Notes: generated from the sequence alone by a model not told the origin. 64,000 nucleotides of DNA from an uncultured Cytophagia bacterium (GCA_964607755.1 CAZSMC010000001.1:81677-145676); one strand, 5' to 3'. Positions 9,725 to 19,205 are shown, counted from the first letter of the stretch. Made by a program: numbers and translations.

Positions 9725-9881
9725 TTAACCCAAGTTCGACAGTTGTTTTATATTTTGGCTATTTTATAAATTATCAAGTTCGTTATTTACAATAAAAATG
9801 ATTCCCTAATCCCGTGTAGTGAAGACCTGTTCTTTTATTGTAAATATTGAATTTAACATTAAAGTGTCGAACCTGGGTTAA
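9725..9881. repeat. nested inverted repeats: outer 16 bp (15/16) at 9725-9740 / 9866-9881, inner 13 bp perfect at 9785-9797 / 9833-9845
   Basis: ttaacccaagttcgac vs reverse complement of gtcgaacctgggttaa; atttacaataaaa vs ttttattgtaaat; read directly from the sequence. Confidence 0.85.
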
Positions 9882-10067
9882 CGTCTACAAAAACTGCCTG
9901 AATATATAAGAACACAAAAAAAGAATGCTACAAAAAGATATTATTCCTGATATTTTTGACAATCCCATATTTTTCAGAAACATCTTTTTCCGCTGTTTTC
10001 AGCTCTCACAGCGATTAAATAGGCTATTCGTTTTCTATAAGAATTGGGTTTATGCTTCCCCGGAGCT

Positions 10068-11441
10068 TTATTGTTTTTCTTCACTCTGGTGAGCGACAAG
10101 AAGCAATTTTTCTATCGTTGTGTTTAAAAAAGTCTGATTGATTGCTTTTTGATACTGATCATGGATATCGCGAATTATTTTGTTATGCACATCCTCTGCT
10201 TTCTCAATATCAAAGTCATCCCCTTTAGAACGCAACATATTGAAAAAGTCCAGAACGTACAAGTTGTTCAGACTTGTGGACGGACAATAGCGTACCTCTG
10301 TTTCCTCCACCGGATAAATGAGCCTGGCTTCGCGCAGGGTCTGCAGCATACTATCGACAGTAGGTTCAGGGACCTGTAGCCGTTCACTCAATTCTGAGCT
10401 CGACGGTGCCTGTTTGCCAAAGTGAAAGTGTTCGGCAATGATGAGCAGCAGTTTCAATGCGATCAGTTCAGTGGATTCCTGGCTGTATTTTTTCTCTGTG
10501 AATTGCCAGCCCAGAAATTTATGATTTTGATGTGTAAAGCAAATTTCCCCGCCCAGTAAAATGACAGCCCAGCTCAAATACAGCCAGATAAGAAACAGCG
10601 GAAAGGTGGCAAAGCCGGAATATAACGCTGCTTTGGATCCGGTGGTATATGAAGTGACAATAAAATGGGTAAAGCCGAAATTGGCGATTTGCCAGAGCGT
10701 GCCGGCAGCAACAGCGCCGATAAAAGCAGATGTCATTTTCACTTTGGTGTTGGGAATAAAAAGATAGAACAATAAAAACGCCAGCCAGCTTGCCAACAAC
10801 GGCCAGGAACGTCTTATCAGCACGTTCACCCCGGTTGTCTCGGTCAGTGACTGGATGAACGATAGGCGCTGAATGTACGCGGTGAATCCGGGAATAACAA
10901 TGAGCAGCACCGGGCCTAAAAGCAGGACGCTGAAATAATCGCTCACCCGGCGCTGGAAACTCCGCGATTTGCGGATCTGCCAGATGTCGTTAAAAGCGCC
11001 TTCGATGTTGCCGACTACTGAAATGATAGAAAACAGCAGCACGAGAAAACCAATACCGCCAAGCGCACTCACGTTCAACTCTTCAAGGATTATTTTTATC
11101 TGATCCATGATGACGGTTACCGCCCTGGGTCCGAGCGGACTCAGCGTGTTCTCGAGAATGGGAAACAACCGCTCAGCAAAACCGAATCCTTTGAGCAGTG
11201 AAAATACCACCGCCATGATGGGAACGATAGCCAGCAAGCTGCTGTACACAAGCGACGAAGCCCGAATCCACACCCGTTCCTTGAAAAATCCCCGAATGAC
11301 GAGAAAGCCAATCATGATCGTCTGATACAGCATTCGACGCAGTGAACCTTGTTTGCTCACATCGATTCGCCAGACTTCTTGCGCGATAAAATGGTAAATC
11401 CGGGAAGCTGTTTTCTCAAGTTTTTGCAGCCAATTTTTCAT
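10068..11441 (-). CDS. YihY/BrkB-family membrane protein with C-terminal extension
   Basis: RASSLVYSSLLAIVPIMAVVFSLLKGFG and multiple TM helices typical of YihY (RNase BN-like) family. Confidence 0.6.
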   Translation of the reverse strand: MKNWLQKLEKTASRIYHFIAQEVWRIDVSKQGSLRRMLYQTIMIGFLVIRGFFKERVWIRASSLVYSSLLAIVPIMAVVFSLLKGFGFAERLFPILENTLSPLGPRAVTVIMDQIKIILEELNVSALGGIGFLVLLFSIISVVGNIEGAFNDIWQIRKSRSFQRRVSDYFSVLLLGPVLLIVIPGFTAYIQRLSFIQSLTETTGVNVLIRRSWPLLASWLAFLLFYLFIPNTKVKMTSAFIGAVAAGTLWQIANFGFTHFIVTSYTTGSKAALYSGFATFPLFLIWLYLSWAVILLGGEICFTHQNHKFLGWQFTEKKYSQESTELIALKLLLIIAEHFHFGKQAPSSSELSERLQVPEPTVDSMLQTLREARLIYPVEETEVRYCPSTSLNNLYVLDFFNMLRSKGDDFDIEKAEDVHNKIIRDIHDQYQKAINQTFLNTTIEKLLLVAHQSEEKQ

Positions 11442-11575
11442 AATCGCAACAATTTACCTATTAGCCGGTTATTAAAAGTTGCAACATCCAGTCTGTCAGT
11501 ATTCCAATCCGTAAAGAGAAAAACCGGCTGCCAGCGAATGACAACCGGTTTTGAAAAGAGTCATAAACTGATGTG

Positions 11576-12907
11576 CTATACTGTGGGTTTCCAGCCGGGT
11601 TCGTAATCCCGGTCCCACATTTTCATTGCCAGCTCATCGTCAACAATCCGGCCGTTGCGTGTGTCGATTTTCAATGTATGGCCGGTTTCCTGGGCGATAT
11701 TGCCGAGGTGGCACAGCAGCACACTTTTAGCGCCTTCGTCGATAGGCGCATTTTGTTTTTCGCCTTTGAGAATCGCGTTAATAAAGTTAGCGATATGCAT
11801 GGTCGTCAACGAGCCGCCGCCGGTAATGTCCAGGGTAGCGCTGGCTTCGTCGGCTTTGACTTTTTCAATCAACTGGTTTTTCAGATCGTAAATTTCATAG
11901 CCGTTCCGGTCAACGATCAGTGTACCGTTTTCGCCGTGAATAGCAGAACCACGTCCGCGGCCTTCGAACGGCCGGCCGTTGCAACTGCGGCCTTCCCAGA
12001 CAATAGCTGTGTTGTTGTCAAATTCGTAACCGGCAATCTGGGTGTCATAGAATTCCCAGTCATCGTCATAGTGATAGCGGCCGCCGGCAGAAGTGACTTT
12101 GTACGGATAATCCACGCCAAGTGCCCAGCGGCACACATCGATTTCGTGAGTGCCATTGTTACAGATTTCACCAGTTCCCCAACGCCAGAACCAGTGCCAG
12201 TTGTAATGCACCACATTGTCGCGGTACGGCACGCGCGGCGCCGGGCCCTGCCACAGTTCATAATCGAGCCATTCCGGAACTGGTACTTGTTTGCCGATTC
12301 CGATCGGGCCGCGGGTATTGGCATACCAGGCCTTGCCGTAATACGGACGGCCAATGATGCCGCCTCTGAGTTTTTCTATCGCCTGGATCGTATGCGGGGC
12401 CGAGCGCTGTTGATTGCCCATTTGCACGACTTTGTTGTATTTCTTTTGCGCTGCAACCAGCAGTTCACCTTCTCTGGGATTGTAGCCGCACGGTTTTTCC
12501 ACATAAATATTTTTGCCGGCTTTTAAACCGAGAATAGCGGCCGGCGCGTGCCAGTGATCAGGTGCGGCAATGACCAGGATGTCGAGATCCTTGTCATCTA
12601 AAGCCTTGCGGAAATCCGTGATGCCTTTTGGTTTTTTACCGCTCACCTCGTTCACTTTAGCGACCGTTTTTTCTACTACCCGCGAATCCACGTCACAAAT
12701 ATAAGTGACTTGAGCGTTTTCATTTTTGGCAAATTCTTCGGCAAGATATCCGCCCCGGCCGTGTGTACCCATGACGCACATATTCAGGCGGTCGTTAGCG
12801 CCCAGGACGCGGGAACCGGGCAGCGACGTCAGTACGGCTGCACTGGCGATCCCGGTCGCCGTTGTCTTGATAAAATTCCGTCGTGTTGTGTTTTTTGATT
12901 TTTCCAT
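11576..12907 (-). CDS. Gfo/Idh/MocA-family oxidoreductase with twin-arginine signal
   Basis: Start re-assigned to ATG at 12907 (MEKSKNTTRRNFIKTTATGIASAAVL = Tat motif); Rossmann fold LNMCVMGTHGRGG; family-typical EKP and GGxIG regions. Confidence 0.7.
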   Translation of the reverse strand: MEKSKNTTRRNFIKTTATGIASAAVLTSLPGSRVLGANDRLNMCVMGTHGRGGYLAEEFAKNENAQVTYICDVDSRVVEKTVAKVNEVSGKKPKGITDFRKALDDKDLDILVIAAPDHWHAPAAILGLKAGKNIYVEKPCGYNPREGELLVAAQKKYNKVVQMGNQQRSAPHTIQAIEKLRGGIIGRPYYGKAWYANTRGPIGIGKQVPVPEWLDYELWQGPAPRVPYRDNVVHYNWHWFWRWGTGEICNNGTHEIDVCRWALGVDYPYKVTSAGGRYHYDDDWEFYDTQIAGYEFDNNTAIVWEGRSCNGRPFEGRGRGSAIHGENGTLIVDRNGYEIYDLKNQLIEKVKADEASATLDITGGGSLTTMHIANFINAILKGEKQNAPIDEGAKSVLLCHLGNIAQETGHTLKIDTRNGRIVDDELAMKMWDRDYEPGWKPTV

Positions 12908-13532
12908 AGTGTGCCCTCTTTGGTTTCTGAATAATTGATTACATTCATACATATAATAAGAGACATTCAGCAAAGATTCAAGTGTTTTTTAAAGCGGTTT
13001 AAATTTTGTTGGGAGGTGTTGTTGATGCGGAATGGAAGGAATGTGAATTACAAAGAATAAACGAGTACTCATTTTCGAAAAACAGTTTGCTTTTTTAGGA
13101 AAATATGTTTTATTTAGTTTTATAAAAGAATAATCAAAGGGGAATATGAATGTCACTTTTTAAATTTAACACTCAAAATATCGAATTAGGGCTTTTCTAT
13201 TTGACTTTCGAAGATTCTATCATGGTTATTCGTCCGTTCCGCCGCATTGTCATTGGTCCGAATGAACATCTAAGAACAGCGGATGAGCGGTTGTCCCTGA
13301 TCCGGCTATCCGGAACTGAATCCGCACCAGAAGTTCAGAATAAATCCAGCAGGATTCAAGAAAAAAGCCTGCTGCATTTCAGGCTCAGACTGACATACAA
13401 GGGGTGGTAAACGCTTTGGTTGTTTAATTTGAAAATCGTATTTCCGTCTGAAAATATAAGCAAAAGAAAGTTTATAAAAATATTTGAAATATATTGGTTT
13501 CATGCTATATTATAAAAAAAAGAGGTATTCCC

Positions 13533-13739
13533 ATGGGCTCTTTTATTATGGATACACGGATAAAAAATGGGCATCTCAAATTAAAAGACGTTCCTTTTAA
13601 TGATGATACAGATGTAAAAGTTATTGTGATACCCAAGGTCAATCTAGAAAAAATGTCATTCAGAGAATCTCAAAATGCTGCAAAGTCGATTAAGGGAAAT
13701 CTTTCCGATGATATCGTTGCAGAACGAGATCACAAATGA
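13533..13739 (+). CDS. putative antitoxin of VapBC-like pair
   Basis: About 68-aa ORF (MGSFIMDTRIKNGHLKLKD...) ending in ATGA overlap with the PIN-toxin start. Confidence 0.35.
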   Translation: MGSFIMDTRIKNGHLKLKDVPFNDDTDVKVIVIPKVNLEKMSFRESQNAAKSIKGNLSDDIVAERDHK

Positions 13740-14191
13740 ATTTGTTTTTAGACACGAGCGCTGTTGTAAAACTATATCATCATGAACAGGGAAGCGAAAA
13801 TCTACTGAATTTCATTGCTCCATATTCTAACGATCTTATATTCACGATATGCGATTTGACTCTGCTGGAATTTAGGTCAGCTTTATTGAGACGTGTAAGA
13901 ATAGATGAAATACCTCTTGATAAAATAAAACAGATATTCAGTTACTTTGATCGGGATCTGAATTTGATGAATATAATAGAGACTGAGAAAACTGTAAAAA
14001 CCCGTGCCATAACCCTTCTTGAGGATGTGGCTGCGAATAAAAGTTTAAAAACACTTGATTCCATTCAACTTGCTTCTGCTATTATTGCAAACGAGAATTT
14101 AGAGATCGATTATTTTGTAGCCGCAGATGAACAACTCTTGGATATTGCCGGAACTTATTTCAGGTTATTTAATCCTGTGTTAAGCGGATGA
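13736..14191 (+). CDS. PIN-domain ribonuclease toxin (VapC-like)
   Basis: MNLFLDTSAVVKLY N-terminus with conserved Asp, later Glu (LLEFRS) and Asp (LDSIQLASA); 151 aa. Confidence 0.6.
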   Translation: MNLFLDTSAVVKLYHHEQGSENLLNFIAPYSNDLIFTICDLTLLEFRSALLRRVRIDEIPLDKIKQIFSYFDRDLNLMNIIETEKTVKTRAITLLEDVAANKSLKTLDSIQLASAIIANENLEIDYFVAADEQLLDIAGTYFRLFNPVLSG

Positions 14192-14310
14192 GTATTTCAT
14201 AGGTTCTCATTTTTTCTGTCATAATTGACGAGAGATAGTTTGACTGTTTGTGCATAGCTCTTCAGGATCATATAGCGTTATCTAATACCTGAAACACTCA
14301 AAAAGATTTA

Positions 14311-14525
14311 TAAAGAGCAGTAAAAGCTGTTTGTGGCCGTTTCAGGAAAGGAACGTTGTTCTCATTGATGAGAGTCATCATCTGCGGAACAACAATACAA
14401 AATTGTACCGGGAGGTTCAGCCGTTCCTGGCTGGTAAAAAAGTCATTCTCTTGACCGCAACGCCGCAAAACACGTCGGTCTGGAATATCTACAATCAGAT
14501 CAAATTGTTCAATCAAACCGTATAA
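14311..14525 (+). pseudogene. internal fragment of an SNF2/DEAH-type helicase (motifs II-III only)
   Basis: VVLIDESHHLRN...(27 aa)...ILLTATPQN = SNF2 motif II (DExH) and motif III (LTGTPxQN-like); in-frame stop immediately upstream at 14310 and stop at 14525; no N- or C-terminal helicase domains present. Confidence 0.4.
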
Positions 14526-14675
14526 ATAAATTTGAAAAAGATGATCAATGGTACGAAGAAATAGTTAATATCTACAATAGAGAAAAATTATTTCAAGCTA
14601 GTGATCCTGAAGAAGAGAAAAGATATCCGATTGAATTTATATGTGGCGAAATAATAAAAGGAATATGAATCAACT

Positions 14676-15096
14676 ATGAACACTTCCATGGTCCAACAAC
14701 TCATCCAGGACGCCCGAGACATCATAGCCAAACGATACATAAACGGCAAACACAACATGGGCGCGGCTCTGCGGACAAAGAGCGGAAACGTGTTTGTCGG
14801 CGTGCATGTGGAAGCAGCGTGCAGACGGATTTCCCTCTGCGCTGAAGCTGTTGCTATCGGAGTGGCTGCCACTCACGGTGACACCGATATTTCCCAGATC
14901 GTTGCTGTAACCGAATCTGGCGACATTGTGCCGCCGCGCGGCATGTGCCGGGAACTGATCTCGGACTATGCCCCCGGACGGCTGTGTGATTCTGGAAATA
15001 AATGGTAAAGTGCAATGTGTTCCCGTGAACGAGCTTTTACCGGTAAAGTATGACGCATCCAAATATTCGAACAGACGCAAAAGTTTGGATGACTAA
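14676..15096 (+). pseudogene. cdd: cytidine deaminase (tetrameric Cdd type) disrupted by +1 frameshift in a C5 run
   Basis: Frame A gives the CDA N-terminus (GAALRTKSGNVF..., CAEAVAI zinc motif, PPRGMCRELISDYAPG) and stops at 15008; the +1 frame continues as PPDGCVILEINGKVQCVPVNELLPVKYD, the canonical CDA C-terminus; the shift maps to ccccc at 14971-14975; PCGxC appears as PRGMC, so one Zn-ligand Cys is also lost. Confidence 0.5.
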
Positions 15097-15193
15097 TCAG
15101 ACATTCACACCGAATTATTCTTAAAACGTCTACCAGGTCGCGACAACGGTGTGCACAGATGCAACCTAACCACCATTTCAGAAGGAGTGGGAC

Positions 15194-15931
15194 ATGTTAA
15201 AAATCAATTTAATTTTAGTGTTGATGATTATCGTTCTTGCACCACAGGTTTTCCCGCAAATCCAATTGGACGTTGAAACCGGAGCTGTGTTCAGCGGTTA
15301 CAATGATGTTCGCATACCCGGCACCGGCGGCACGTTATTTTCCCTTTCCGAAGAGCTACAAGCTGATCCCGCATTTTTCTATCGTCTGCGTGTGTTTTAC
15401 GCTTTTAATCCCCGGCATCATGTCGGCGCATTATTTGCACCTCTGCCCATTCAATCGGAGGGACAATTAAACCGGGATCTCGTTTTTGCCGGCCAGACAT
15501 TCCCGGCTCAGACGCCTCTGGCCGCGACGTATGTTTTCAATTCTTATCGCATAATGTACCGTTATGATTTTTTTAAAAAGCATAATCTTGAATTGGGAAT
15601 CGGATTGACTGCGAAAATCCGTGACGCAAAGATCAGCGTTCAGAGCAATGGCATTGAATCGGAAAAGACGAATGTGGGTTTTGTGCCGATCATACATTTC
15701 CGGCTGTTGTGGAATTTCAGCCAGCGGTTTGCGTTCTTGTTAGACGGCGACGCACTCGCCGCACCCCAGGGCAGAGCCGAAGATGTTCTCGCTGCATTAA
15801 CGGCTTCAGTTTCTGATAAAGTCGATTTAAAATGCGGCTACCGGATTCTGGAAGGCGGCGCAGACGCAGACGAGGTCTATACGTTTGCATTGATCCATTA
15901 CGCATTAGTGGGGGCTATTTTTCATTTTTAG
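15194..15931 (+). CDS. hypothetical outer-membrane beta-barrel protein
   Basis: Signal peptide, alternating amphipathic beta-strand pattern, C-terminal aromatic residue (…GAIFHF). Confidence 0.3.
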   Translation: MLKINLILVLMIIVLAPQVFPQIQLDVETGAVFSGYNDVRIPGTGGTLFSLSEELQADPAFFYRLRVFYAFNPRHHVGALFAPLPIQSEGQLNRDLVFAGQTFPAQTPLAATYVFNSYRIMYRYDFFKKHNLELGIGLTAKIRDAKISVQSNGIESEKTNVGFVPIIHFRLLWNFSQRFAFLLDGDALAAPQGRAEDVLAALTASVSDKVDLKCGYRILEGGADADEVYTFALIHYALVGAIFHF

Positions 15932-16060
15932 TTCCTGGTAAAGTATTTGATAGGTGGCAGACTTTTATATCTGGTTTTTCAAGGTTGGTTCATTTATGTT
16001 TGAATGAACCAGAGTGACCATTATTTTTATTCTTTAGAAAAATAATAAAAAGGTAAAAAG

Positions 16061-16300
16061 ATGCTTTTCACGAAAAAATCAAAAGTCTTGGTGCTGCAAC
16101 TGGCTTCATTTATTGGCATTCCTGTTTCAACAACCCATACAATTACTTCTTCTATCGTTGGTGCGGGTGTGGCCAGGCGGTTATCCAGTATTCGTTGGGG
16201 AATAGCAATAGATATTGCGTTATCGTGGGTATTAACATTACCAGCGACAATTATTTTGGGCTGGTTTTTTGCAAAAATGTTTTCAATATTGGAATTATAA
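16061..16300 (+). pseudogene. 3' fragment (last ~79 codons) of a PiT-family inorganic phosphate transporter
   Basis: LASFIGIPVSTTHTITSSIVGAGVARRLSSIRWGIA matches the conserved PitA C-terminal repeat; the ~350 N-terminal codons are absent upstream. Confidence 0.6.
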
Positions 16301-16445
16301 AGTATGGGTTTTCTAGTAACTCTTATTCTTGGGTTATACTTTTAATTTTCAATTCAGCTAAACGGATCTATATTAGGATTTTTAATCCGAAATTCGTAAT
16401 TTTATTATTGGCATAAAAACAGACTAACAAATTTTGGAGAACGTT

Positions 16446-16991
16446 ATGAAAAATAGATCATCTCTTATCATTGGCATTATTTTAGTACTGGTCGGTTTGT
16501 TGCTTTTGGGCCCGAGTGCTAACCTGTTCTCTATCGAGAGAACCTGGCCGGCAATTATTATGCTCATCGGTATAGGTTTTCTGTTAGGCTACATCGGTTC
16601 GGGGCGGAAAGCCGTCGGACTGTTGATGCCCGCTTCGGTGTTGATTATCTCCAGCGTGCCGCTTTTTCAGTGCGCATGGACAGGCGACTGGATCGCAATG
16701 GCCACGCTGTGGCCAATCTTCCCGCTGTCAGTAGCTATTGGTTTTTTCCTGATGTATTTTGCAGGACCAAAAGAAAAGGGATTGCTCATTCCCGCTCTTA
16801 TTCTGACAGCAATCAGTGTTATCGCATTTTTAACTTTTAATTATTTGTCATTTGTTTTTCCGATTTTGTTTATTGGTGCGGGTCTGGTGCTGATCTTTTT
16901 TTCCACAGGCATGAGTAAGCGCAAAACGGCTCCGGAAGAATCCTCTTCTGCTCAACAACAAGCTGTTAACGAGTCGCCAGAAAAGAAATAA
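16446..16991 (+). CDS. hypothetical polytopic membrane protein (LiaF/DUF5668-like N-terminal repeats)
   Basis: Start re-assigned to ATG 16446 with GGAGA RBS; two similar hydrophobic hairpin units; hydrophilic Ser/Gln-rich C-terminus. Confidence 0.35.
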   Translation: MKNRSSLIIGIILVLVGLLLLGPSANLFSIERTWPAIIMLIGIGFLLGYIGSGRKAVGLLMPASVLIISSVPLFQCAWTGDWIAMATLWPIFPLSVAIGFFLMYFAGPKEKGLLIPALILTAISVIAFLTFNYLSFVFPILFIGAGLVLIFFSTGMSKRKTAPEESSSAQQQAVNESPEKK

Positions 16992-17057
16992 TCGTGAAAA
17001 GGAAATTTTAACACAAACAGAACAAAATTCAAAGAAAATTTAAACAGGACAGAACTC

Positions 17058-19205
17058 ATGACTCGTCTTTTACTCTTGCTATTTTTTCTTTGCTCCGCCG
17101 TTTTTGCCAACGAAGGCATGTGGTTAATGACTCAGCTCGATGAACTGGATTTGCAAAGCAAGGGCTGTCAAATCGATGAACAAATAATTTGGAATCCTGA
17201 TGATGGTGGTTTGTCAAAAGCGATAATCAGTCTGGGAGGTTGCAGTGCCTCATTTGTTTCCCCCAACGGCTTGATTGCTACCAATCATCATTGTGCGTAT
17301 CGGGCGCTGCAGCGTAACAGCACGACTGGACACAATTATCTCAAAGAAGGATTCGTCGCAGAATCTTATAAAGATGAATTGCCCACCCACGGAACAGAGG
17401 TTTATATCCTGCAATCATTCAGAAACGTTACAGACCAGGTTTTGCAGGGCGTTGATAAAGATATGCCTCCGGAAAAATATCAGAAAGCCATTGATAGAAA
17501 TATCAAAAAAATCGTCAACGAGGTTGAAGACGGCAATCCGCATTTGTCGGCAACAGTCGCGGAAATGTACAGTGGACTTTCCTATGTTCTTTATATTAAT
17601 TTGAGAATTAAAGATGTACGCATCGTCTATGCCCCGCCTCTGGATATCGGAAAGTTCGGCGGCGATATTGACAATTTTGACTGGCCGCGCCACACCGGTG
17701 ATTTTGCTTTCTTGCGCGCTTATGTCGGGCCTGATGGCAAGCCAGCAGAACCGTCAGAAGATAATGTTCCCTACCACCCGGATAAATGGCTGAACGTGTC
17801 GACCGAGAGCTATCAAAATGACGATTATCAAATGGTAATAGGATATCCCGGGCGCACGGCAAGGTACCGGACGTCCTACAGTATTTCATATTACAAGGAA
17901 TTCTATTATCCCTGGAGAATTGATCTGTTTACAAAACTCATCGAGTTAATTGAAAAGCGCAGCGCGCAAAGCGATAGCGCAGCTATCAAATTATCAAGTT
18001 TACACAGTGGATTAAACAATTCTCTTAAAAATGCCCGTGGACAATTGGATGGTTTTGAGCGAACGAATTTACATGAACGCAAAATGGAACAGGAAAAGGA
18101 ATTTTGCAACATGCTTGAACAGAACCCGCTCAAAAGCAAAAAGTACATCGAGGTTATACCACAAATAAAAAAGTCAATAAAAGAATACAGGACATTTGCT
18201 CCTATTCTTTTGTGGAGCCGGTACTTGTTTTATATAAATAGTGTTGTTGGCGCTGCCCATGAGATCGTGACATGGAGTGAGGAAAAAACAAAACCTGTTC
18301 TTGAACGCAAAGAAGGATACCGGGAAAAGGATATTGAACGTCTGAAAAAACGCTGGCAGCATCAGTACCGGAACTTTGACCAGAAAATCGACAGACAGTT
18401 TCTGGCGCTCTTTTTCCGCCTGGCGCTTGATTTGCCAGAACCCAATAGTATTGAAACTGTTGAGAACATTACGAAAGCGAAATCTGATTCTGCCCGGGAA
18501 AAAGCTGAAAAAGCTTTTATTGCAAAGTTGTACCGCGAGACGGCACTCCTTCCTCTTGAAACCCGTATCGAGTATCTGGATAAATCTAAAGAAGAACTTG
18601 AGAAACTCAATGATCCGGTACTCAATTTGGCATTCAAACTCGCCGATGAACTGGACCCGTTGTACCACAAGAGGAAAAGGTTTAAAGGCACAATAAGCAG
18701 ATTGCGTCAGCAATATATCCAGGCCATTGGTGAAGACTCTTTAATTTATCCGGATGCCAACAGTACAAAACGGCTGACATTTGGATATGTGCAAGGTTAC
18801 TCGCCGGCTGATGCGGTTTGGTATGATTATTTTACCACAACAGACGGCATCCTGGAAAAATATACCGGAGAATATCCGTTTAATACGCCGGAGAAAATCC
18901 TTGAATTAATCAAAAAGAAAAAGTTTGCTCAGTTTCGCGATCCGGATACCGGCAATATGCATGTCAATTGTTTGAACACGCTGGACACCACTGGCGGCAA
19001 TAGTGGCAGTCCTGTTCTGAATGCAAAAGGTGAACTCGTTGGACTGCTGTTTGACGGCAATTATGAAAGCATCGTTGCTGACTATGTGTTCGATCCGGTC
19101 ATGACGCGATCTATCTGCGTGGACATTCGCTATCCGCTTTGGGTGATGAAATATCTTGATAACGCGGATCATTTGTTGAATGAATTGAAAGTGAACAGTC
19201 ATTAA
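17058..19205 (+). CDS. S46-family dipeptidyl-peptidase (DPP7/DPP11-like)
   Basis: Mature N-terminus NEGMWLMTQ..., catalytic His region SFVSPNGLIATNHHC, catalytic Ser region DTTGGNSGSPVLNAKGELVGLLFDGNYES; 715 aa. Confidence 0.75.
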   Translation: MTRLLLLLFFLCSAVFANEGMWLMTQLDELDLQSKGCQIDEQIIWNPDDGGLSKAIISLGGCSASFVSPNGLIATNHHCAYRALQRNSTTGHNYLKEGFVAESYKDELPTHGTEVYILQSFRNVTDQVLQGVDKDMPPEKYQKAIDRNIKKIVNEVEDGNPHLSATVAEMYSGLSYVLYINLRIKDVRIVYAPPLDIGKFGGDIDNFDWPRHTGDFAFLRAYVGPDGKPAEPSEDNVPYHPDKWLNVSTESYQNDDYQMVIGYPGRTARYRTSYSISYYKEFYYPWRIDLFTKLIELIEKRSAQSDSAAIKLSSLHSGLNNSLKNARGQLDGFERTNLHERKMEQEKEFCNMLEQNPLKSKKYIEVIPQIKKSIKEYRTFAPILLWSRYLFYINSVVGAAHEIVTWSEEKTKPVLERKEGYREKDIERLKKRWQHQYRNFDQKIDRQFLALFFRLALDLPEPNSIETVENITKAKSDSAREKAEKAFIAKLYRETALLPLETRIEYLDKSKEELEKLNDPVLNLAFKLADELDPLYHKRKRFKGTISRLRQQYIQAIGEDSLIYPDANSTKRLTFGYVQGYSPADAVWYDYFTTTDGILEKYTGEYPFNTPEKILELIKKKKFAQFRDPDTGNMHVNCLNTLDTTGGNSGSPVLNAKGELVGLLFDGNYESIVADYVFDPVMTRSICVDIRYPLWVMKYLDNADHLLNELKVNSH

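Noticed and set aside
11573-12526. 317-aa + strand ORF (and the 145-aa − ORF at 11917-12354) overlapping the Gfo/Idh/MocA gene
   Set aside because: It lies entirely antisense or out-of-frame inside a well-supported gene, with low-complexity Ala/Val-rich translation and no start context. It is a typical shadow ORF of a relatively GC-rich gene.
13150-13410. 86-aa ORF in the long non-coding gap upstream of the VapBC-like pair
   Set aside because: It has no RBS (the aaagggga upstream instead serves a 5-codon mini-ORF), no recognisable motif, and it contains the hairpins noted in the gap. It is kept only as part of the decaying-island finding.
16421-16438. 18-nt exact direct repeat agactaacaaattttgga also present at 22835-22852
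   Set aside because: Copy 1 is the 5' UTR/RBS region of the 16446 membrane-protein gene. Copy 2 lies on the opposite strand across the mpl start codon, so there is no common functional context. An 18-mer coincidence is not negligible in 64 kb of AT-biased sequence, so I treat it as chance unless more copies appear genome-wide.
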